DNA from: a virus
Virus record (IMG/VR): IMGVR_UViG_3300027906_000009
Location: 1-64,000 of that record
Length of the DNA stretch: 64,000 nt
Reading direction: 5' to 3' (one strand)
Shown here piece after piece: positions 8,494-17,486 of the stretch. Within the stretch, counting starts at the first letter, position 1. The number at the start of each line of letters is the position of its first letter. The notes beneath the pieces are model-generated. The model was given only the letters and a program-made list of their open reading frames with translations. It searched no databases and was not told the origin of the DNA. Made by a program: the position numbers and the translations under genes.

Positions 8494-11400
8494 TTATTTT
8501 TTGATGTAATGAATTACTACTGCATCGTCGGAATCGACAACGCCAGATTCAAACACAACCTTCTGGCTTGAACCAGAACCCTCGATCGCATAGTCGAAGA
8601 TAGATGCGCCCAAACCTGAACTGCCGCTTTGAGTCTGCAAAACACCGTTCAAGAATACTTGCACAGAATCTGCAAGAGGTTCTTGACTTAACGAAGCAGA
8701 GATATTGTTTGTTAAAGCACCAGTTCCTAGGAAAGTATCCTTTATTGCATCGACGGCTAGGACGCCAGATGAAACTTGGAGACCATCACCACTCATAAAA
8801 GTACCAAAATCGCTTACAAGTGCTTGTTTCATAGTACCACCATCATTTAGAACAACGCCGTCCCCTGCTACAAGGGTAACCGAGGCTGCAGTCGTGTCGC
8901 CATCCATGATGTTGAGTTCTGCTGCAGTTGCACTAACAAGAGTTCCAGCGAGCTTGAGGCCAGCTTCTGATCCGTCGTGGTCAGCTAAGTCCAGTGAAGC
9001 ATAACTACCATCAACCGTCAAAGAGTGTGCCGGAGCAGACTGTTTTATGGTCATGCTGTCAATGCCCGATGCACTGAAGGAAGAACCTCCTGACATTGAG
9101 ATTGATACACCTATCGACGTACCCGAAGAGTACGAGGATAATACAGTGGTAGCTATAACTGATCCGTCTGCAATCTTGACAGTACCGTTAGATCCAACCT
9201 TACTATTAAACGCTGATGCCTTAGCTGCGCTTGAGAAGTTAAGAGTAGTAACAGAAGCCGAGATTGTAGATTCCGTAAAGGCTGACTTGAAAGCTCCCAG
9301 GTCCTTTGAAGTGCTACTAATATCCGACTTGTTCACGGTAAGTGATGAAGCCGAAGAAGCGGCAGAGTTGAAAGAGACACTGATTGAGGTGTCACCAGAG
9401 GAGACCGAGCTACTGACAGTAAACGCGATCTTATCACTTCCGGATCCTTGGAATACAATGACCTCTCCACTGCTTATCGAAGTTCCTACTTCTGGAGATA
9501 ACGTAAGTGCAGATGTTGATTGACTTAAAGACGACTCCTGAATTCTGGTCGCTTGGAATGCAGAGAAAGAAGTAGTCAGTCTATCAGACGATGCATCGTC
9601 GCCATAACGATCGGCTGATGAGTGAGTGATCTTTGCATCATACGAAGAAGCACCCATACTCAAGATAGCACCATCTGCCATATAAAGATCAGACCATCTC
9701 GTTGACGTATCGCCAAGGCCTGCTTGGTCGTTAGAGCCAGGCTTAACTTGTGCACCTGCTGCATCGAGAATAATATCCCCAGCAACGTCAAGTGTCAAGT
9801 CCCCAGAGGCGACATCAATCTCGTTTGCTGCAAAAGTAAACAAGGTTGCAGAGTCGTCCTTCATAACGATCTGACCGCTGTCAGCGTTAAGATCAATATC
9901 TCCTGCTGCGTCGATAATAACCTTCTGAGAAGATCCAGCAGCAGACAATGTAAGAGCACCGGCTGCGGTTTCGACCTTTCCTGCGTCTGTCATCAAGACA
10001 TCGCCTTCAAGGTGAAGATCTTGCCATGCTGCGGATGTGGATCCAAGATCCGATGTATCATCTGCATTTGGTAAAAGGTTACCGTCAACCTTTACGTCTC
10101 CGCCGCCCGGATCCAAAACGATATCAGCCGCGGCGATAAGTTTGAGATCAGTATCGACATCGATATAGTCGTTGGCGCCGTCTATTTCAAGCTTGCCGGC
10201 ACGGAAGGCTCCCAAGGTCATGTCAGCAACGGTAACTGCTTCACCACCAGAAGTATCTTTTGTACCAACACCCCATGTGTCATTGGCGACTCGGCCGATG
10301 ACCATGTCCGTGGAAGAACCACCGTTTTCAATTGCGATACCACCCTGACCGTTTGCTGAAGAGTTTGCCTTGTTGAGAACAACAATTGGATCTTCGACAA
10401 GAAGGTTAGTCGTATCAAGTGTGGTTGTGGTTCCTTGTATTGTCAAGTCGCCGCCAACGACCACTGCGCCGTTGAAGGTTGCCTTACCGGCATCAGACAT
10501 ATCAAGAGTAAGAGCAGTGATTGAAGAACCACCATCATTACCCATAAAGATAATATCCTTGTCAGAAACAGCAGACTTGATTGTCAAGTTGCTCGATGCC
10601 ATGTTGACACTACCAATCTCTGTTCCAGCGTCCTTAAAGACAACATCATCGCCTGCAGCATCAAGAACGATATCTGCAACAGAATCGAGCAAGATGTCAC
10701 CAGAGTTAGATGATTGCAAGGTTACACCAGTGTGACCATCAACAGTTGCTGTGCCAGCAATAGAGTCAATTGTCAACCCACCAGCGGCAGTAGATACTGT
10801 CATTGCGTCCTGTGCAAGAATGTCACCTTCGAGGTGAAGGTCTTGCCATGCAGCCGAAGTTGATCCAAGATCATAAGTGTCATCAGCGCCTGGGAGGAGA
10901 CCTGCAGAAGTTATACTAGCATACGTGGTACTAGCATCTTTGAAAGATACAGTTCCGCCGTCGGCATTGATCTCAATATCACCAGTTGCATCTAAGATGA
11001 TGTTCTGACTCGAAGCAGCAGTAGATAGCGTTAGTGCGCCGGCGGCAGTTTCAACTTTGCCCGCATCTGTGAAAAGCACATCTCCTTCGAGGTGAAGGTC
11101 TTGCCAAGCGGCTGAAGTTGATCCAAGATCGTAGGTATCGTCGGCCCCTGGGAGGAGACCTGCAGAAGTTATACTAGCATACGTGGTACTAGCATCTTTA
11201 AAAGATACAGTTCCACCGTCAGCATTGATTTCAATGTCACCAGTCGCATCTAAGATAATATTTTGACTCGATGCAGCGGTAGATAGTGTTAGTGCGCCGG
11301 CTGCAGTTTCAACTTTGCCCGCATCTGTGAAAAGCACGTCTCCTTCAAGGTGAAGGTCTTGCCATGCAGCCGAAGTTGATCCAAGATCATAAGCGTCATC

Positions 11401-12159
11401 TGCATTTGGCAAAAGGTTACCGTCAACCTTGACATCTGATCCACCTGGGTCGAGAAGAATATCTGCTGCAGCGATAATTTGAAGATCTGTAGATACATCA
11501 ATATAATCGGTGGTGCCGTCTATTTCTAATCTTGCTGTTTGAAGATTGCCTGCCAAGGTCATCTTATTTGTACTTGGGTTGTAATTTAAATGAGAACCAT
11601 CTACTCGCAACTTACCGTCACCTGAGCCCTTTGTAACCGAGGTAACTGAAGAAATACTAGATTTATTCATCGTCGTTGCGTTTGACAAGCCCGCGTTAAA
11701 AGTTACAGCAACACTCGTAGCACTGGAACTTACGGAGCTATCAAAAGTAAAGGCTATCTTGTTGCTGCTGCTATCCGTAAAGATCACAGCTAAGCCTGCT
11801 GCAGCGGAAACACCATACTCCGGGCTGAAGGTTAACGAGGTGGTGGCGCTTGTTACAGTGCTCTCCTGGAGTCTTGATGTTTGGAACGATGAGTAGCTGG
11901 TGGCGTTATCACCGTTATATTCATTATCGTCATCTGCAAATACGAGTTGATATGCTCCAGATGCTCCTGACTCTCTTAGGTCCATCTTCGAAAAGTAATC
12001 CTGCATCGCCGCGGCGGTGATTGTTTGTGTTGCGCCTGCAGGTGAAGATGAAGCTGCATCTTGTGTAAGAAAGACGTAGTCATCGTCTAGGGTGGTGACT
12101 GCCGAGGCTAAAGATCCTGTAATCTTTAACTGTAATGGTTGTATAGTTGTTCTAGCCAT
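8494..12159 (-). CDS. Repetitive fibre / virion appendage protein (1221 aa)
   Basis: Repeats of P..DD..DLGS....W..L and ILDA.GDI; ITIQGTTTTLDTTNLLVEDP fibre motif; C-terminal VFLNGVLQ...DY module. Confidence 0.7.
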   Translation of the reverse strand: MARTTIQPLQLKITGSLASAVTTLDDDYVFLTQDAASSSPAGATQTITAAAMQDYFSKMDLRESGASGAYQLVFADDDNEYNGDNATSYSSFQTSRLQESTVTSATTSLTFSPEYGVSAAAGLAVIFTDSSSNKIAFTFDSSVSSSATSVAVTFNAGLSNATTMNKSSISSVTSVTKGSGDGKLRVDGSHLNYNPSTNKMTLAGNLQTARLEIDGTTDYIDVSTDLQIIAAADILLDPGGSDVKVDGNLLPNADDAYDLGSTSAAWQDLHLEGDVLFTDAGKVETAAGALTLSTAASSQNIILDATGDIEINADGGTVSFKDASTTYASITSAGLLPGADDTYDLGSTSAAWQDLHLEGDVLFTDAGKVETAAGALTLSTAASSQNIILDATGDIEINADGGTVSFKDASTTYASITSAGLLPGADDTYDLGSTSAAWQDLHLEGDILAQDAMTVSTAAGGLTIDSIAGTATVDGHTGVTLQSSNSGDILLDSVADIVLDAAGDDVVFKDAGTEIGSVNMASSNLTIKSAVSDKDIIFMGNDGGSSITALTLDMSDAGKATFNGAVVVGGDLTIQGTTTTLDTTNLLVEDPIVVLNKANSSANGQGGIAIENGGSSTDMVIGRVANDTWGVGTKDTSGGEAVTVADMTLGAFRAGKLEIDGANDYIDVDTDLKLIAAADIVLDPGGGDVKVDGNLLPNADDTSDLGSTSAAWQDLHLEGDVLMTDAGKVETAAGALTLSAAGSSQKVIIDAAGDIDLNADSGQIVMKDDSATLFTFAANEIDVASGDLTLDVAGDIILDAAGAQVKPGSNDQAGLGDTSTRWSDLYMADGAILSMGASSYDAKITHSSADRYGDDASSDRLTTSFSAFQATRIQESSLSQSTSALTLSPEVGTSISSGEVIVFQGSGSDKIAFTVSSSVSSGDTSISVSFNSAASSASSLTVNKSDISSTSKDLGAFKSAFTESTISASVTTLNFSSAAKASAFNSKVGSNGTVKIADGSVIATTVLSSYSSGTSIGVSISMSGGSSFSASGIDSMTIKQSAPAHSLTVDGSYASLDLADHDGSEAGLKLAGTLVSATAAELNIMDGDTTAASVTLVAGDGVVLNDGGTMKQALVSDFGTFMSGDGLQVSSGVLAVDAIKDTFLGTGALTNNISASLSQEPLADSVQVFLNGVLQTQSGSSGLGASIFDYAIEGSGSSQKVVFESGVVDSDDAVVIHYIKK
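10820..11410 (-). repeat. 258-bp (86-aa) tandem repeat, ~2.3 copies, inside the fibre gene
   Basis: GATCCAAGA anchor at 10862, 11120 and 11378 (258-bp spacing); a further diverged copy at ~10040. Confidence 0.9.
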
Positions 12160-12325
12160 AATATTATTTCCTCCTATGTTTTTTAAATATTTTGGAAGAC
12201 TATAATAAAATTATAAAATTATAAAATTGAATGATTATTAAAAATTATTTAATGTAAGGTTATATTATAAAAATGGCGCTTAAAGGATCTAACTGGACTG
12301 GCATTATAAATAGCAATCTGAAGAT

Positions 12326-12538
12326 TCAAGAGAACAATATTTTTTTGAGGTTTCTGACATTATTATCAAATCTGCAAAAATCAGAATCTAGAAATTCCAA
12401 AGCTAAAGACTGACAAACCTGGTTTGGATCATCAAAACTAAAGAAAAATTTTCCTGTTTCTAATCTTCTACATTCTTTTAGCTTAATTCCCCTAAGTTGG
12501 AGATATGCTGCTATGCCAATGTCACTCGTGTTATACAT
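12326..12538 (-). CDS. Small conserved phage protein, DUF5659-like
   Basis: Y-x-TSDIGIAAYL...G.KL...FFF.F pattern; has its own upstream CTATTTA motif. Confidence 0.55.
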   Translation of the reverse strand: MYNTSDIGIAAYLQLRGIKLKECRRLETGKFFFSFDDPNQVCQSLALEFLDSDFCRFDNNVRNLKKILFS

Positions 12539-12593
12539 ATTATTCTCAATCCTGTTTTACTTTTATATGTACAACTAAATAGTAATCTATTTG

Positions 12594-12968
12594 CTATTCT
12601 TGAAAATCTTTTCTAATAAAATAGGATTTCTCACCTTCAGATTGAGGCAGTTTTAGCTCGTATGTTAACTCTGGTGATACTGATAGTTCATCTCTTAACG
12701 CGGATGCCTTCTCATACATCATAGATTCTAGATTTTGAATTCTTCCTAGCAGTTGCATCTTTTTCTTTTCATAATCCAACGCCATTCTTGATAAATACTG
12801 TTCTGTTTGTTTCAGTGCCTGCTTATTGTGGAATAGGTCTTCTACCTGTTCCCATTCAATTTCAATTATTTCCTCTTCGTTGAACCCTCTAGGCTCTGGT
12901 GTTTCTTCTTGCTGTTGGGGAGTCTCTACTAGATCTTCCACATTAAGGTTGTTGTTTTCATCACTCAT
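12594..12968 (-). CDS. Hypothetical acidic coiled-coil protein
   Basis: 124-aa ORF with AGGAG RBS and a sigma70-like promoter upstream. Confidence 0.7.
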   Translation of the reverse strand: MSDENNNLNVEDLVETPQQQEETPEPRGFNEEEIIEIEWEQVEDLFHNKQALKQTEQYLSRMALDYEKKKMQLLGRIQNLESMMYEKASALRDELSVSPELTYELKLPQSEGEKSYFIRKDFQE

Positions 12969-13014
12969 ATTTGCTTCTCCTTTGCTTGTTTATGTGATTT
13001 TAATTGTGTTATTA

Positions 13015-13043
13015 AATATAACATATTATATAAAAAAAGTAAA
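13015..13043 (-). promoter_or_regulatory. Sigma70-like promoter
   Basis: TTTACT-17 bp-TATATT with TG extended -10, upstream of the ORF starting at 12968. Confidence 0.5.
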
Positions 13044-13044
13044 A

Positions 13045-13866
13045 CTATAAATTGTATTTTTTCATTTCTTCTTCGGAGACCATTACGCGTTCGCGAGGTA
13101 TTTTGACCTCTACTATGTTTTCCCTTATTGAGATAAAAGGTTTTTCGCGGCTGGGTCCGTGTCCCACAAGATAACCTACAACTCTTATATCTATAGACAT
13201 CTCAAACTTTCTGGCGTCGCCTTCGAAAGAAGATAAGTTGTCTTGTGACTGAAATTGCGGCTGAATAAAGCCCTCATATTTGTGGTCTCCAAATTCTAGT
13301 CTTACTGCTCTAACTGTACCAGGGTTTGTTATAAATGGCAACATTAAATCGTTAATTTGCTGCTGATATTCAGTTCTTAGTGTGACCTGATAGGATAATT
13401 CTACATTAACTGGCATTGGGATTGTCAAAATTTTATAGACTTTCTTTTTATTATTTATCGGATACGTTTCTTGTCCTGCTAACCTGTTTGCGGTTGCATT
13501 CGCAAAGTTTCTAGATTTTGCTTCGTTCAACACTCGACTTACTTCAAACGTGCCACCTTCTGAACCATATGACTCTGGGATATTGCCCACAAACACGCCC
13601 GGGGAGGCTGCTGGTTTTTGAAATGAATTTCTTTTTATAGAAATAGCTGGAAATACTAAGGCGCCTTGAATATCCCTTGAATCCGGTGAGTTTTTAGACA
13701 GAAAAGAGCGTTCAGAAGTACCCCACAAGATCGGAACAGTCGAAACACCCTTGTTAGTGTCTACTTGTAGGTTTAGTTTTTTCACAAATTCATATACAGA
13801 CCGGTCGATTGTCTCTATTGTAGAGGGTTCGAAGTGTATTTTCTCTAATTCTTTGTTTTCAGACAT
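13045..13866 (-). CDS. Tail completion/terminator-type neck protein (gp15-like)
   Basis: STIETIDRS, VPILWGTSER, PAISIKR, PMPVNVELSY; follows two neck genes. Likely start is the ATG at 13866. Confidence 0.6.
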   Translation of the reverse strand: MSENKELEKIHFEPSTIETIDRSVYEFVKKLNLQVDTNKGVSTVPILWGTSERSFLSKNSPDSRDIQGALVFPAISIKRNSFQKPAASPGVFVGNIPESYGSEGGTFEVSRVLNEAKSRNFANATANRLAGQETYPINNKKKVYKILTIPMPVNVELSYQVTLRTEYQQQINDLMLPFITNPGTVRAVRLEFGDHKYEGFIQPQFQSQDNLSSFEGDARKFEMSIDIRVVGYLVGHGPSREKPFISIRENIVEVKIPRERVMVSEEEMKKYNL

Positions 13867-14347
13867 TAAAAAGCCCCTCTCTAGCCCTAACACATGTGGC
13901 GGCAATTTCAAAGCTTGATTCTACCTGGCCAAAGAGCCACTTAGGTTCTTCAAGTGTTAAAATTTCATAAAAATATTGACCATATTGTATAAAATCACCT
14001 TCCCTTACAAACAAGTCTTGATCCTCTGTAAGCCTTCTTTTGTGGAACGCTACATTTATCCTTTCTATTCTGTCGACTCCCAAAGCAGTGACAGTTGTCG
14101 TTTGTGAAACATATTTCACCATTGCGTAAATCCTAACTGGATCCATAAAAACCTTATCAATAGCTTCGCCGTAAAGATCATGAAAGTTTGTGTCCTTTAA
14201 ACTGACGGGGTAATAGATTATTGTTTGGCCCACGACCTTTTCTATTACTTCATCGTTAACCTGCTTTACTAAATCCTTTTCTTTTTGCCCCACGAATAAA
14301 GGCGGCGGTGGACTTTCAGGTTGTGACCATTTGTTATCATCAGACAT
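13859..14347 (-). CDS. Head closure / neck protein (gp14-like)
   Basis: PPPLF, GQTIIYY, HDLYGEA, EGDFIQY; position in the neck module. Confidence 0.65.
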   Translation of the reverse strand: MSDDNKWSQPESPPPPLFVGQKEKDLVKQVNDEVIEKVVGQTIIYYPVSLKDTNFHDLYGEAIDKVFMDPVRIYAMVKYVSQTTTVTALGVDRIERINVAFHKRRLTEDQDLFVREGDFIQYGQYFYEILTLEEPKWLFGQVESSFEIAATCVRAREGLFNV

Positions 14348-14352
14348 CTATA

Positions 14353-15978
14353 TTACCCTACAAAGATATAATTTGGAACCTTCTCGAGTACTTTTTCAGT
14401 ATTTTCGAGCATATTCGCATCTTGCTCAGCCATCTTTGTATATGTAAGCTGAGCTAGAGTTTCTTTCAGTTCATCTCTAAGTTTATTTTGCTCTTCTTTT
14501 GCTTCTGATAGCAATGCAGTGCCATTTAGTGTTACTGCTTCTCCTGGAATCGGAACTGAACTGAACTTAGAACGAACTTGTCCCAGCGTTTCTTTGCATA
14601 ATGCTAGTGCAAACCGGCGGATCCACTGCTTTCCTATAGAATTTATGTTTTCATATGGCAAATTCCCAATAGGTAGCGTATTCATGTTATTAACACCGTC
14701 TACTGATTTGTCATCTTCACTCTCCCAGACGTCTTCGGGTATTGAGAATTCAACCCACATCTTGCGGGGACCACCTGTATAAGGTATCGGACTAAGCCTT
14801 ATCTTGTTATTTCTCAATTCATAAGAAAAGTGCGACATTCTAGTGTATATCGCATCTTCGAAAGCCATTGCTTGTGCTTTGTTCTGCCAAGCCGGTATTA
14901 ACTGAAAGGTTGAATCATCAGAAAACTGTCCATAATTGTGTAGATTCCCAACAACGTTTAATCCACCATAATAACCAAAGAATCTCCACATTGCATGCGG
15001 AGTTTTATAATACACTTTCTTTATTAATATTTTTCTGCCGGCAATATCCTTAGAAGTGTAGGGATAAGTAATACCTCCAGAGAAATTTGACTTACTCATT
15101 CCTGCGTCGCCGGCGTCTGTCAAAGTTATATCCGTGTTTCCAGTAGACCCAGGAGTAACTTGTGTGATAGTTACCACGGAACCACTAGCAGAAGCTTTGA
15201 TTTTAGTGTTTAGATCTAAGACAGTGGCCAAATTTGTTGCTGCTGCCTCTTTTGATCCACCAAGTATAAACGTAACATTGTTTTTATCAGTTGTATCACT
15301 TGAAGCTGCTACCTTTGCAACAATCTCCGTTTTATCTGCGGCAATAATTTTAATTTGATCATCATTTGCAAGTTTTGCTATATCTGTTATTGTAACCGAA
15401 CCTGTTGCAACAATTTGGCTTTGTGACGTTATAATTTGTTGTAGGTCGTACTCTTGTTGCGGAGGGTTTACATCAAATGACGCAGAATATTGCACGGAAC
15501 TGTTTAAGCCAATCTCTGAAGCTAGACCCTCTCCTACTCGTCGGGCCATGCTGTAGTCGAACTTTGGATATTTTAAGGCCACATGGGAGCCTGACAGGCT
15601 TCCACTTAAAGAACCACTCATCAGAACACCCTTTGAGTCAAAGGATCCTGTAGTGTTGCCAAGAGCGTCTGATAGCACATTTGTTGCTTGGTGTAAATTA
15701 ACTATATATGAATACTCAAGCACTGCTTCCTCGTACGCAGCATAAACATTTCCTTGTGTTATTTCTAAATCTAAAATATCTCCCCCAAGTTTCTTATAAA
15801 CATAGGAAACTTGATCCACAGCACCCGAAAGAAACTGACTAGAGTATAAAGAAGAATTTTCATCTGAATAAATTTTATATGGCACAGATTGATTAACCAA
15901 ACTGTTTTGGTCTGAACCTGTCATTGGTAGCACAATTGCTGATAATGTGCTTTTTGGTGTCAATGTAGGTTTGTACAT
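14353..15978 (-). CDS. Head-tail adaptor / neck protein (gp13-like) carrying an inserted domain
   Basis: KKLGGDILDLEI, EEAVLEY, QWIRRFALALCKETLGQVRSKF, LNGTALL, C-terminal IFVG. Confidence 0.75.
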   Translation of the reverse strand: MYKPTLTPKSTLSAIVLPMTGSDQNSLVNQSVPYKIYSDENSSLYSSQFLSGAVDQVSYVYKKLGGDILDLEITQGNVYAAYEEAVLEYSYIVNLHQATNVLSDALGNTTGSFDSKGVLMSGSLSGSLSGSHVALKYPKFDYSMARRVGEGLASEIGLNSSVQYSASFDVNPPQQEYDLQQIITSQSQIVATGSVTITDIAKLANDDQIKIIAADKTEIVAKVAASSDTTDKNNVTFILGGSKEAAATNLATVLDLNTKIKASASGSVVTITQVTPGSTGNTDITLTDAGDAGMSKSNFSGGITYPYTSKDIAGRKILIKKVYYKTPHAMWRFFGYYGGLNVVGNLHNYGQFSDDSTFQLIPAWQNKAQAMAFEDAIYTRMSHFSYELRNNKIRLSPIPYTGGPRKMWVEFSIPEDVWESEDDKSVDGVNNMNTLPIGNLPYENINSIGKQWIRRFALALCKETLGQVRSKFSSVPIPGEAVTLNGTALLSEAKEEQNKLRDELKETLAQLTYTKMAEQDANMLENTEKVLEKVPNYIFVG

Positions 15979-16038
15979 TATTAGCCCTCACTAAGTATAG
16001 TTCAATACTATAACTAGTTATTGAGCCAAGCATTTAAC

Positions 16039-16332
16039 CTAGGCATCTGCTTTTGTTTTGGTGGTTCGCCTTTTGCGAGTTGTGGAGGTTGTTTTTTTCT
16101 TAGTGGAAGTTGTTGTTTTTTTCGCAGGAGTTCGCTTTTTTCTAGTGGTCTTTGGCTTTTCTTCCACTTCGGTCACTACTTCTTCTATTACTTCATCTTT
16201 AGGGGTCTCGGCCACCTCTTCAACTTTGTTGGTGGTGACCAAGCCCAAAAGATTTGCAAATTTAGCTTCCCATTTTTTCTTTATTTTTCCGAATCTCTTA
16301 AATTCTAAAAATATTTTCTTTTTCTTGCCCAT
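16039..16332 (-). CDS. Small protein with a Lys/Thr/Arg-rich histone-H1-like tail
   Basis: MGKKKK N-terminus, acidic middle, KPKTTRKKRTPAKKTTTSTKKK tail; AAGGA RBS. Confidence 0.65.
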   Translation of the reverse strand: MGKKKKIFLEFKRFGKIKKKWEAKFANLLGLVTTNKVEEVAETPKDEVIEEVVTEVEEKPKTTRKKRTPAKKTTTSTKKKTTSTTRKRRTTKTKADA

Positions 16333-16348
16333 TATTTATCCTTTCTTA

Positions 16349-17359
16349 TTACGCTCTTTTGACTGTCACGCTATCAGTAAAAGTATCTCCTGTTGAGACG
16401 TAGTTAGGGATGGCGTCGGCGGCGCCTTCGGGTAGTCTCATGGCTGTGACTGTCAATTTAATATGCGAAGTTTTACCTGATGCGATTTGAGCAAGAAGTA
16501 AGTCTGCCACCGCGTCTTTACTGTGGCCATCTTTCAGAACCCAATTAGGGGCTGAAGATTCTCCTCCATCGTCAGTGTTTGCGAGGTCTAATGCCGCGAA
16601 GGGACCAGCTTCTGCGGCCAATGCTGCGGCTGCATCGTCAGCATGATCAGCAGTAGTTACTGTCTTAAAAGTAGCTGTGATTTTCACCGCATGTTTTGAA
16701 CCGGCGTCGCCGCCCGCGGAGGTTGAGGCAGGATTATATTTGAGTGTCTCACCGGGGCGGGTACCAACAACACCGATTTCTGTCAGGTCGATATCGATTT
16801 GTCCATTTGTGTTATCTTTTTTTAAGAAATCAGCGGTGGGTGTCATAGTAATCACTGAGCGGGCGATATCAAATTTCTTTGTGATTGTTGCTGCTGTCGC
16901 GGTTGTTCCCGCTTCATTGTAGAGTGTGCAGACTAATGTATGCTCACCTGCAGTGAGAACTTTGTGTGATGAATTATTTATAATCATACCTTTACCTGCG
17001 CCGGATGATTCTTTTGGCATTGCTCTATATTTCTTTCTTCCAGAGCCACTTCCGTCGACAATAATATTGCCAGCGTCATTGGTGTTATTGCTGAGTGCTG
17101 TCGCATTACCATCTACTGACCATTTAACAATGTCTCCGTCTAATTTATCTCCGCCGGTGGTGTCACCAGGGCCCTGGAGGTAACCAGTAAATTTAAAGGT
17201 TTGGTTTCCGTTGTCCACAATATCTAGACTTTGGAATCTTACGTCAAGCTTTGTCGAATCCAGACTTTCGTCATTGGCTCCGTCGACGTTATCTAAAAAC
17301 TGAAAATATTTTGTCATAAACTTTGATGATCTGTGTATTGCTCTTTTTTTCTTGCCCAT
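16349..17359 (-). CDS. Putative head decoration / Ig-like virion protein
   Basis: Lies directly downstream of the capsid gene; beta-rich (WSVDG...GEHTLVCTLY). Likely start is the ATG at 17359 with a GGAGG RBS. Confidence 0.55.
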   Translation of the reverse strand: MGKKKRAIHRSSKFMTKYFQFLDNVDGANDESLDSTKLDVRFQSLDIVDNGNQTFKFTGYLQGPGDTTGGDKLDGDIVKWSVDGNATALSNNTNDAGNIIVDGSGSGRKKYRAMPKESSGAGKGMIINNSSHKVLTAGEHTLVCTLYNEAGTTATAATITKKFDIARSVITMTPTADFLKKDNTNGQIDIDLTEIGVVGTRPGETLKYNPASTSAGGDAGSKHAVKITATFKTVTTADHADDAAAALAAEAGPFAALDLANTDDGGESSAPNWVLKDGHSKDAVADLLLAQIASGKTSHIKLTVTAMRLPEGAADAIPNYVSTGDTFTDSVTVKRA

Positions 17360-17394
17360 TTTAATGGATCCTCCTTCAATAGGGTTATACAATA

Positions 17395-17402
17395 TAAATA
17401 GT
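17395..17402 (-). promoter_or_regulatory. Representative copy of the recurrent ACTATTTA motif (candidate late promoter)
   Basis: The same or a near-identical motif occurs upstream of at least 11 genes (see findings). Confidence 0.6.
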
Positions 17403-17420
17403 GTTACGTTTTACCAATAG

Positions 17421-17454
17421 AAAAAGAAAAGCCCCGCCAACTTAATGACGGGGC
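17421..17454 (-). terminator. Rho-independent terminator after the major capsid gene
   Basis: GCCCCGTC-ATTAAGTT-GGCGGGGC followed by TTTTCTTTTT on the - strand. Confidence 0.85.
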
Positions 17455-17486
17455 CCAACTTTAATCTATTTCTAGATTGTCAATCC

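Noticed and set aside
12305-17400. Exact T4 late promoter TATAAATA on the + strand (12305-12312 and 17393-17400)
   Set aside because: It faces away from all genes and is better explained as the reverse complement of the - strand CTATTTA motif
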